Shown here: one piece after another, positions 1 to 8,833 of the stretch
Numbering within the stretch: position 1 is the stretch's first letter
Layout of the letters: each line of letters begins with the position of its first letter
Origin: Candidatus Cloacimonadota bacterium
GTDB lineage: Bacteria; Cloacimonadota; Cloacimonadia; Cloacimonadales; WRIO01
Reading direction: 5' to 3'
Assembly (NCBI GenBank): GCA_029564175.1
Contig: JAKQQL010000293.1
Location: forward strand, 1 to 26,682
Length of the DNA: 26,682 nt
Position numbers and translations under genes: made by a program
Notes under the pieces: generated by a model
What the model saw: only the letters and a program-made list of their open reading frames with translations
Told to the model about the DNA's origin: nothing
The model's database searches: none

Positions 1-3000
1 CTGACTGGCAACAAAGTCTCTGTTACTGTTCAGAGCGCTTATCCGGTAAGCCAGAATATTACTGACTCCTATATTACTCTGACTCATGTGCCAACTGGTA
101 ATATCATCAACCAGGGTAACGGTGCAACGCTCAGTTATCAGGTACAGGGTACTCAGACCACTTTGACCTTAACCTTAAACAGAGCGCTTTATACCGATGG
201 AACCGATGATGGCCAGTACCGAATCGGTTATACGATTAAGACCAGCCTGAACCAAACCTTAAGTGGTAACAAAGTCTTTAACTATGATACGACTAATCCA
301 ACTATTAGTCAGCTTAATATCAATCTGGCAAGTCTTAGCCAGGCAGGCGACAGATATTACTTCACAAGCAATATCTCAAGTATCAGTATGACCTTAAGCG
401 ATAATCTGGCAGGCGTTAACTATGCTGCTAACCTGACTAAGCTTATGCTCTATGATGCACAAGGCAGTCTGGTAACCGGTACTCGCTCAGTTGCAGGCAA
501 TAAAGTCACCTGGACACTGACTACTCCAATCCAGATTACTACACCAACAGATTATACAATTACTGCACTGGTAACTGACAATGCAGGTAATATCAGAAAT
601 CAAAGCACAGTCTTTACCCTTCTGACTCCACAAGCACCTGCTATCACTTCTCATACTCCAGCCAATTCAAGTATCACTAAAACCCTTGCCAATAACAAAA
701 TCAGCAAGACCATCACTGATACCAATGGATTTGGTTTAGATGCAGACAATACCAGTATCACCTTAACAAAAGGCGGAACGACTTACTCTGATGGTAACAA
801 TGCGGTTCAGACTCTGACTCAGAATACAAATGGTACATATGAACTCAGTCTGACCCTGACTGATCCGCTGGCAACAGATGGTAGTGTGGACGGAGTCTAT
901 ACAGTTACTACCACCGTTACTGATCTATTAAATCAAAGTGTAACCAACAACCAGACGACCTTTACCTATGATACCAAAGCCCCTGTCTTTGCAGATGCAA
1001 AGATATCTGGTATTCATCCACAAAATGGAGTTTGGGAAGAAACATTAACCGATAATACGCTATATGATAACTACATAAAAATGGTAAAAATTAAAGTAAG
1101 TGATCTTAGCAGTCAGGTTAATGTTAATTCAGCCAATACATATATCAAACTTTATAATGAAGCGAATCAACTGGTTGATGGCGTTTTAAATTATCACTCA
1201 GCAGATAGTACATTGACATGGACTTTAAATACAGCAATACCAGCCAATAATGAAGAAAATGGTAATTACTATGTATTATATTCAGCAATTGATATAGCGG
1301 GTAATAGTTCAAATGGCCGTATTGATTTCAATTTACAGAATATAGATTTTGTGACGGGTCCGGTATTAGTGAATACTTATCCTTCACTTAATCAAAATAT
1401 AAATCAGTTAAACTCCAATCAGATTAGAACTGTCATACTATCTGATTTTCCAATAAATCAGGCAGATTCATATGTTAAATTGACGCACTCAGTAACGGGT
1501 GTTTGTATTGAGAATAATCAGGGTGCTTTGTTATCTTACCAGACTCAGGGTAATCAAACCACAATTACGTTGACTTTAAATCAGGGTTTGTTGACCGATG
1601 GAGCAGATGATGCAACCTATTATGTCGAATACTATGTTGAAAATACCCTGAACCAATCAATTGCAGGCAGTGTTCTCTTTAATTATGATACAACGCATCC
1701 AACCATCGCATCTTTAAAGATAAATCAATCCAGTTTACAGACTGTTAATCAGATTAATTATTATGCAAATCGTATCGATTCTGTCTCTGTATATTTAAAC
1801 GATAACCTGAGTGGTATTGATTTTGCTGCTAATATGTCCAGAATTCAGCTTTATAATCAAAATGATCAAGTTATTAATGGTCTTCGTACAATTGATGTGA
1901 ATACTCGACGAATCACCTGGAAATTAAATTCTCCAATTCTTCTGGAAGATGCAAATTCTGGAATGTACACAATTAAGGTAGTTGCATATGATAAAGCTGC
2001 TAATAACTTCAATCAAAATACCGCTTTTCAGTTGATAAATCCATCTCAACCTCAAATAGTTGAACATATTCCTGTTACAAATGCAGTTATCAATCAATTA
2101 GTGAGTAATCGAATCAGTAAAAAAATCCTGGATGTAAATACATTTGGATTAGATCGTCAAAATAGTCAGATCATTCTTCAGGGACCTTTAAGTGCTTATC
2201 AGAATGGAAATGGCGCTAATCTGTCATTTACTTCTCTTCAAAATAATTTATGGCAAGCGAATCTAACACTTACAAATTCACTTGCAACAAATGGTAGTGC
2301 AGACGGAAACTATACCGTTCAAACAACTATCGTTGATACCATTGGTCAAAGTGTTTCACATCAGATGAACTTTATCTATGATACACAGGCACCAGTTGTG
2401 TCTAATGAATTGATTGGTGGTACACAGGATACTACTCCGTGGAATAGTAATTTAAGTAATAATATGATTGTAAATCAGAATATTCAGTATGTCAGCATCA
2501 ATCTGAATGATGTCACTACTCAGGTAAATTACAGTTCTTCAAGTACTTATCTTGGTATATATAATGCCCAGAATCAATTATTGCCAGGTGTCCAAACCTT
2601 AAATGGCAGTACGCTCAGATACTTACTCAACAATCAGTTGCTAAGTGATGGCAGTATGGATGGTACGTATTATGCAAAATATTCAGCAACCGATATTGCA
2701 GGCAATACGATTACTGGTCAAAAGAACTTCAGACTGATCAATCCTTCTGCACCACAGATTAACAATATCGTACCTGCTCATGGTTCTGTCTTTAATATGC
2801 TGGCTAACAATGAAATCTATGTTGAATTCACTGATATTCGCCCAATTGATCTTCAGGATTATGAAAATTCTTATATTAAGGTAACGACTCCAAATAATAC
2901 GGTGATTGAACATAATCAGGGAGCTACTCAGCAAATCATTAGTACCGGTGAAAATTCATACAGAATGAGATTGATCTTAAATCAGAGTTTGAGTCTGAAT

Positions 3001-5742
3001 GGGCTTTATACATTGCAAACTAAGGTTCAAAACACTCAATCATACAATACTCAGTTCATTACCCAATTTATCTTTGATAACCAAGCACCACAGATTCAAA
3101 GTGTTCGACTTGGTTTACAAAACGGTTCAGAAACAATTGTCTCAAATAACGACAATATTTATCATGGGGTAGCTTATGTAAAACTTCTTCTTGCCGATCA
3201 AACAGCAGGCGTTGATTATCTCTCTGATGAAACCGCAATATCTGTCAGTGTCAATAACCAGGCAGTGCCAGGTACTTTATTCAAATATCCGGATGAAAAC
3301 TATCTAAAATACGTTTTCAATGAAACACTTTCAGAATTAGGCAGTATTGTTGCTGTCCAAAGCAGTGCTGTAGATAATGCTGATAATACTGTGATCAGTC
3401 AGTTAAGCTTTGTATTAAATGCGTTACAAGCAAACATTGTAAGTGTTACACCAGCGAATAATGCGTTTATTAACACTAATCTAAATCAGATAAAACTGGT
3501 AGTTGAGTACGAGCAGAATGTCGTGATGAATGAAAACCTGACTTATTTAAGACTTAAACATCCGGATGGATCGTTTATCGAGGATGGTCAAGGAGCTAAT
3601 TTAGAAATAAGTAATAATGAAAATCAATATGAGATTACGTTAACCTTGAATCAAGCGCTTGGGACAAATGGGCAGGATGATGGACAATACCAGATTTATG
3701 CCTTGTTAGCAACAGATAATTTCCAGGAAGGTCCTATTACCTTTAATTTTGTATATGATCGTCTAACTCCTTATTATCAGAATCTGAAAATTAATGATAT
3801 GATTGTAAACAGACAAGAAAAATTCTTAAAAGAAAATATGCCAAAACGCAATCAAAAAAATGATTTGATATTTAGTCAGCCGATAACTCACATTCAAGTA
3901 AATTATTATGATCTGACTTCTCAGGTTAATTTTGCCTCAAATCTGACAAATATCAGCTTACTCAGTCCAGGAGGCTCACTCGTTCAAGGAACCAGAATCG
4001 TTGATAATGCAACTGTTAAGTGGGTTCTGTCTTCTCCAATTCCAGTAGATGGAACACAGGATGGTACCTATTCAATTCAGATGAAAGCAACAGATTATTC
4101 TGGTAATATTCTGACAGGGAATTACTCCTTTACACTTATGTCGCATATTGTACCTCAATTGGTAGATTATACACCGCAGAATGTCATTAATTACTATACA
4201 AACAGTTTTACTCCACCTACGATTACAGGTTCATTCAAAAATACAATTCCTGTCGTTCAGAATCCTTTATATACATATATCAAGCTGACTTTCCCTAATG
4301 GTGAAATTGCTGAGCATTCTCAGGGTGCAAATCTGAGCTATCAGCTTGAACAAACAAATCTTAAGACGACCCTTCAGTTAACAGGTCCATTAAGTGCTGA
4401 TGGAGAGAATGATGGTCAATTCTATGTTAACTTCCATGCAACAAACCAGTATGGTGCTGAGTTTGATACAACGATGACTTTCATCTATGATACAATTATG
4501 CCATCTTATACACAGCTTGCTCTTTATAATGGCTCAACTCAAAGTGCTGTTGCAGAAAACTCAATTGTAAGTCAACCCTTTAACTCAGTTCAGGTGAAAC
4601 TCACTGATATGACCTCAGGCGTTCATTACTCCCCAAATATTAGTTATGTTTCTCTGTATGACCTCAATAATAATCTTATACCTGGTACTTTAAGCTATGT
4701 TGACAATGGATCAGATGTTATTACCCGTTGGACTTTCCTAAATCCAGATGCTGTTCCATTGAATGGTTTAGCTGATGGTATTTACAAAATCAAAATGAAA
4801 GTAACAGATAAAGCGGGTAATTCTATCAGTAAAGAAATACCGTTTAATGTCATTTCAATCATTGCACCTCAAAATCTGGTTACCTATCTGGATGCTGTTT
4901 ATAAAGTTCACATTAGCTGGAATAATCCTAACCCTGTCAAAAAGGAAATTAAATCTCGGGCTGTCAGTTACTATCAGGTTTTTAGAAAGTATAATGATGA
5001 AGCCTATGTTCAGATTGCACAAACCAGCAATCTCTACTATTCAGATAACCTTCAGCAACAAAATGATGGCACTTATACTTATATGATAAAAGCGGTTTAT
5101 TCAGTCCCTGGTCAAACTCAGCTTTTAGTAAGTGAAGGGACTGTTTCCAATCAGATTGAAGTAAAGAGATTTATCCCTTGTACTTTTAACCTAACCTTGT
5201 CAGATGAACAAGAACCATCAGATATTCTTTTTCATTTACTCGGTAATGATGGTATCTATAATCAGGAATTAAACTTATCAACAGATGATACCGGTGTGAT
5301 TGGATTAGCTGCAGTCTATATGACAGATTATGTTCTCACTATATCAAAAACCGGATATCAGACAATTGTTGATACCATTAGTGTTGATCTGACAAATAAC
5401 CAGTTTAACTATATTCTTCAAACCAACGATCCTTCATTAATGGTTCAACCAACAAATTATGCCCTTTACCAGAATTTCCCTAATCCATTCAACCCGACGA
5501 CTGAAATTCGTTTTGCATTAAAAAATAATAGTCGTGTTGATCTTGCCATATTTAACATTAAAGGACAGAAAATCAAACAGCTTATTGATCAACCATTAGA
5601 CTATGGGTATCATAAAGCTGTATGGAATGGTGTTGATAACACGGGTAAGCGAGTATCTTCAGGTATGTATTTCTATGTATTGAATGTCAAAAATGAGAAA
5701 GAATGCTACCGTGAGATTAAGAAGATGATTATGGTAAAATAA
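1..5742 (+). CDS. Giant secreted surface protein, 5'-truncated by the window edge: tandem Ig-like domains, FN3, a carboxypeptidase-regulatory-like domain and a C-terminal FlgD-Ig/T9SS-type sorting domain
   Basis: Frame 1 is open from base 1 (LTGNKVSVTVQSAYP...), so the GTG at 88 is not the true start. Repeated ~115-120 aa modules carry 'DGxYxV...FxYD' or 'DxAGN...FxL' motifs. FN3-like 'APQNL...ISW...YQVFR...YTYMIKAVY' begins at ~4861. The C-terminus reads 'LYQNFPNPFNPTTEIRF...IFNIKGQKIK...WNG...SSGMYFY'. Confidence 0.85.
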   Translation: MTGNKVSVTVQSAYPVSQNITDSYITLTHVPTGNIINQGNGATLSYQVQGTQTTLTLTLNRALYTDGTDDGQYRIGYTIKTSLNQTLSGNKVFNYDTTNPTISQLNINLASLSQAGDRYYFTSNISSISMTLSDNLAGVNYAANLTKLMLYDAQGSLVTGTRSVAGNKVTWTLTTPIQITTPTDYTITALVTDNAGNIRNQSTVFTLLTPQAPAITSHTPANSSITKTLANNKISKTITDTNGFGLDADNTSITLTKGGTTYSDGNNAVQTLTQNTNGTYELSLTLTDPLATDGSVDGVYTVTTTVTDLLNQSVTNNQTTFTYDTKAPVFADAKISGIHPQNGVWEETLTDNTLYDNYIKMVKIKVSDLSSQVNVNSANTYIKLYNEANQLVDGVLNYHSADSTLTWTLNTAIPANNEENGNYYVLYSAIDIAGNSSNGRIDFNLQNIDFVTGPVLVNTYPSLNQNINQLNSNQIRTVILSDFPINQADSYVKLTHSVTGVCIENNQGALLSYQTQGNQTTITLTLNQGLLTDGADDATYYVEYYVENTLNQSIAGSVLFNYDTTHPTIASLKINQSSLQTVNQINYYANRIDSVSVYLNDNLSGIDFAANMSRIQLYNQNDQVINGLRTIDVNTRRITWKLNSPILLEDANSGMYTIKVVAYDKAANNFNQNTAFQLINPSQPQIVEHIPVTNAVINQLVSNRISKKILDVNTFGLDRQNSQIILQGPLSAYQNGNGANLSFTSLQNNLWQANLTLTNSLATNGSADGNYTVQTTIVDTIGQSVSHQMNFIYDTQAPVVSNELIGGTQDTTPWNSNLSNNMIVNQNIQYVSINLNDVTTQVNYSSSSTYLGIYNAQNQLLPGVQTLNGSTLRYLLNNQLLSDGSMDGTYYAKYSATDIAGNTITGQKNFRLINPSAPQINNIVPAHGSVFNMLANNEIYVEFTDIRPIDLQDYENSYIKVTTPNNTVIEHNQGATQQIISTGENSYRMRLILNQSLSLNGLYTLQTKVQNTQSYNTQFITQFIFDNQAPQIQSVRLGLQNGSETIVSNNDNIYHGVAYVKLLLADQTAGVDYLSDETAISVSVNNQAVPGTLFKYPDENYLKYVFNETLSELGSIVAVQSSAVDNADNTVISQLSFVLNALQANIVSVTPANNAFINTNLNQIKLVVEYEQNVVMNENLTYLRLKHPDGSFIEDGQGANLEISNNENQYEITLTLNQALGTNGQDDGQYQIYALLATDNFQEGPITFNFVYDRLTPYYQNLKINDMIVNRQEKFLKENMPKRNQKNDLIFSQPITHIQVNYYDLTSQVNFASNLTNISLLSPGGSLVQGTRIVDNATVKWVLSSPIPVDGTQDGTYSIQMKATDYSGNILTGNYSFTLMSHIVPQLVDYTPQNVINYYTNSFTPPTITGSFKNTIPVVQNPLYTYIKLTFPNGEIAEHSQGANLSYQLEQTNLKTTLQLTGPLSADGENDGQFYVNFHATNQYGAEFDTTMTFIYDTIMPSYTQLALYNGSTQSAVAENSIVSQPFNSVQVKLTDMTSGVHYSPNISYVSLYDLNNNLIPGTLSYVDNGSDVITRWTFLNPDAVPLNGLADGIYKIKMKVTDKAGNSISKEIPFNVISIIAPQNLVTYLDAVYKVHISWNNPNPVKKEIKSRAVSYYQVFRKYNDEAYVQIAQTSNLYYSDNLQQQNDGTYTYMIKAVYSVPGQTQLLVSEGTVSNQIEVKRFIPCTFNLTLSDEQEPSDILFHLLGNDGIYNQELNLSTDDTGVIGLAAVYMTDYVLTISKTGYQTIVDTISVDLTNNQFNYILQTNDPSLMVQPTNYALYQNFPNPFNPTTEIRFALKNNSRVDLAIFNIKGQKIKQLIDQPLDYGYHKAVWNGVDNTGKRVSSGMYFYVLNVKNEKECYREIKKMIMVK

Positions 5743-5756
5743 AGAACTTTGATAAA

Positions 5757-5782
5757 AAGAGGAGACTCAAAAGTCTCCTCTT
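5757..5782 (+). terminator. Rho-independent terminator-like hairpin
   Basis: Perfect 11-bp stem AAGAGGAGACT-caaa-AGTCTCCTCTT starting 15 nt after the stop of the giant protein, followed by T-rich sequence. Confidence 0.75.
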
Positions 5783-5926
5783 ATTGTAAAATTATTAATT
5801 TTTTGGTATAGATTTACAAAGAAGTGAGAGTGTAAACTTTTTTTAAGTAATAATTGAAATTAAACTTAAGAAGATTAGTTATATTTTTAACATATGTATT
5901 TATATTGAATTATGGAGAGGTTGACT

Positions 5927-8620
5927 ATGAAAAAATTATTAGTAATTGTTTTTATGTCTATATGTGTATTTATTTTTGCGAATAATCTAAATGAAGATAT
6001 CAACGTGATTCTTTTACGAAAAGGGAAAGATTACACTTACTTATACAAAACAAAAGAGCATGTGTTGTCCTTGTATTATACGAATAGTGTACTCGATGGT
6101 TCAATAGTTTACTCAAAAAATGCAGAAAATTCTGTTGATGATAAAGAACAGAAGATATTGTTAAAAAGTGATAAAGAACTGACTCAGGTTAACGGTGCAA
6201 TCAATTCTAATAATAGTAACTATCTTGTTTACTGTAATGAAACAGATAGAAAACTGGTCTTACAAAAGTTTGATGATGAAGGAAATCCTCTCTGGGGAGT
6301 AAATGGGAAGATTTACAACAATATTACCAACATCTATTATGTTGTCGCTGATAATATGGGTGGTCTCTTTCTTTTAAAGATCCATTTCAGTAGTTTATCA
6401 GAAGCTGATAATGAACTTGAAATTTTTCATGTTAATGAGGATGGAAATATCGACTGGAATAAAAGCAAGAAGATACTATCGATTGCTTACCCGTTTTACT
6501 TTAGTTATATGCCAATCTCAGATTTATCTGGTAATCTTAAAATACTGGTTTATAAGGCAGATGGACCTCACTTGGTATCTGTTAACATAAATGGTGACTT
6601 TGTCAGTGATTTACTCCTTCATGAAAATGCTAATTCTCAGGTTTATATGTTGTCTGAAACAGAAACCATTATCGTTACACAAGGAACAGATAATAAACCT
6701 TATTTTAACTGCTTTAATCAAGAGGGTACATTCATGTGGAAGAAAGAAGCAGGGAATATCCCTTTACATTTTATTCAGTTGAATGATGGTGGTTTTTTAA
6801 CCTTTTATCCGATTAGCTCAACTAATTTTTTGATGAACAGATACAGCCATCAGGCAGAACTTGTTATGGGAGGAATTTATGTGCCTATTAATGAAATTTA
6901 TTCAAGTGGGAAAAAGATTGTCAGAACTTTCCAGGAAGATAATGATAATTTCTATTTTATAGCGACAGAAAATGGTATTTATGATATCGAATTTGCTTTG
7001 TTTAAACTCAATCTCAATAATTACGTATGTGAAAAGACTTCTACTTATCCATTCTTTGATTCTGAGATCAGAACTAAAGATAAATCTTTTTTGTTTGATC
7101 AAAATAAGCTTTATTTCAGCAGAGCAGAGTTTGATACACCCAATTTTCAGTACTATATATCAACGATTGATTATCAAGATGCCCATTTAATTTCAAAATA
7201 TTACCTCTTTGAGCCAGGACTCGATCTAAGCTCTATCCAAAATTGTGTGCCGAGTCTTTATTATGATAAGCGAGTCATTAATGTTGGTCGTGTTTTTCTC
7301 GAACAGGATGATAGATCTGTTCCGGCAAATAGAGAATTTGCTGATTTAGGCAACTTATATGATTTTAATTTATTAAGCAATAATAGTTGTATTGTCAGGA
7401 AAACCGAAAATTTAGGCAAAACACTTTACATTTATGATCAATACCAAAGTTTGTGCGATTCTCTGCCAGTTTGGGGAGACACTGATAATGCCTTCAGTTC
7501 ACATATAGATTATTATTATGATAATGACACTAATTGGATATTTTATAAAACAGGTAGTAACTATTTTATAAACAAGATTGTCGATAACCACTTTGTTTGG
7601 GGTACGACAGAAAAGAGTATGGGAAATTATATCTTTCGGGGTTATAATGATCATCTTATTTTAGTAAATGACTCTAAAGAGATTGTACAATTAACGGAAG
7701 AGGGAAGTGTCATTGACAATTATGCATTACCTTCTAATATATGGAATGTTCATAAATATTTTAAATATAATGAGAACTTGTTGCTATTCTATACAGTTTC
7801 AGAAAATAACCGTTACAATTTATACGTTCAGATTTTTAATAAAGATTCCGGATTACCTGTCTATCAGGGAAATGGGATAAATATGACAATTGAAGAAGAT
7901 TCGAAACCATTATTCTCGGATATTTTATTTAAAGATAATGTCATTTATCTGCCATTAAGAAAGGGGAATGATCTGATTCTCAGACAATATCAGATAACGG
8001 ATCAAAACCTTGAAATGATAAGAGAGTATAAGCTTTACAATGGGCCATACTATTTGGATTCATTGAGTAAATTAGAGTTAGTTGATATTATTGAATATGG
8101 AACATATCATTTTTTTATTATCCAATGCAATGACTATTTTTATTACAGGTATCTCGACAAAGATGATAAGCTTGATACTTCATATAATGGATATGCCATG
8201 TTTGACTTTATAAAAGCCAGATATGTGAAATCAAACATACAAACAGAAAACTCACTGGAATTATTCTTTTATGAAGATAATATCGCATTTTCCAAGACTA
8301 TTTTTATGGATAAATTATTAAATTATCCAGATTACAACAAGCCTTTATTGTCATGTCAAAGCAATTATCCCAATCCTTTTACTGCCGGTACAAAAATCAG
8401 TTTTTATCTGAATGGACAGGAATCTGTTAAAATTGAAATATTCAATATTAAGGGACAGAAAATAAAAACAATTGATGGAGGACATTTCAACAAGGGATTA
8501 AATACAATACTATGGGATGGAAGAGATTCAGATAATAAAATAATTGCCAGTGGGATTTATCTTTATAAGATTATTTCAGGGGGGCATCATATTTCCGGCA
8601 AAATGCTATATCTAAAATAA
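5927..8620 (+). CDS. Secreted protein with signal peptide, probable beta-propeller repeats and a C-terminal FlgD-Ig/T9SS-type sorting domain
   Basis: ATG 5927 follows a GGAGAGG RBS and begins a signal peptide (MKKLLVIVFMSICVFIFA); the ORF track start at 5912 is probably too early. Blade-like motifs include 'LQKFDDEGNPLWGVNG' and 'VADNMGG'. The C-terminus reads 'SNYPNPF...IFNIKGQKIK...WDGRD...ASGIYLY'. Confidence 0.8.
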   Translation: MKKLLVIVFMSICVFIFANNLNEDINVILLRKGKDYTYLYKTKEHVLSLYYTNSVLDGSIVYSKNAENSVDDKEQKILLKSDKELTQVNGAINSNNSNYLVYCNETDRKLVLQKFDDEGNPLWGVNGKIYNNITNIYYVVADNMGGLFLLKIHFSSLSEADNELEIFHVNEDGNIDWNKSKKILSIAYPFYFSYMPISDLSGNLKILVYKADGPHLVSVNINGDFVSDLLLHENANSQVYMLSETETIIVTQGTDNKPYFNCFNQEGTFMWKKEAGNIPLHFIQLNDGGFLTFYPISSTNFLMNRYSHQAELVMGGIYVPINEIYSSGKKIVRTFQEDNDNFYFIATENGIYDIEFALFKLNLNNYVCEKTSTYPFFDSEIRTKDKSFLFDQNKLYFSRAEFDTPNFQYYISTIDYQDAHLISKYYLFEPGLDLSSIQNCVPSLYYDKRVINVGRVFLEQDDRSVPANREFADLGNLYDFNLLSNNSCIVRKTENLGKTLYIYDQYQSLCDSLPVWGDTDNAFSSHIDYYYDNDTNWIFYKTGSNYFINKIVDNHFVWGTTEKSMGNYIFRGYNDHLILVNDSKEIVQLTEEGSVIDNYALPSNIWNVHKYFKYNENLLLFYTVSENNRYNLYVQIFNKDSGLPVYQGNGINMTIEEDSKPLFSDILFKDNVIYLPLRKGNDLILRQYQITDQNLEMIREYKLYNGPYYLDSLSKLELVDIIEYGTYHFFIIQCNDYFYYRYLDKDDKLDTSYNGYAMFDFIKARYVKSNIQTENSLELFFYEDNIAFSKTIFMDKLLNYPDYNKPLLSCQSNYPNPFTAGTKISFYLNGQESVKIEIFNIKGQKIKTIDGGHFNKGLNTILWDGRDSDNKIIASGIYLYKIISGGHHISGKMLYLK

Positions 8621-8708
8621 TAGGACAATCAATTGTTTCAGATATTTATGATAAAGATAAATTAGAGAAATAGAAAAGTAAATAAATATCAGGATCAGAT
8701 TGGTCGTC

Positions 8709-8803
8709 TCTGCTTGTTCCAACCCTGCTTCTATCCTACTTGAAAAGTATCTTGTTCTCCAAGAAAGGAAGAGGAATAGAAGAGGGAACCCTGAGAGGGC
8801 AGA
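8709..8803. repeat. Long imperfect inverted repeat between convergent genes (possible terminator or dispersed hairpin repeat)
   Basis: The pyrimidine-rich arm CCCTGCTTCTATCCTACTTG (8723-8742) pairs imperfectly with CAAG...AGGAATAGAAGAGGG (8760-8786). Outer pairing TCTGCT/GGCAGA. Confidence 0.45.
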
Positions 8804-8833
8804 TCGTTTTACTAAGAAAGTTATAAGATGTCA

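Noticed and set aside
88..90. GTG at 88 as the start of the giant protein
   Set aside because: The frame is open and repeat-like from base 1, and there is no RBS or signal peptide at 88.
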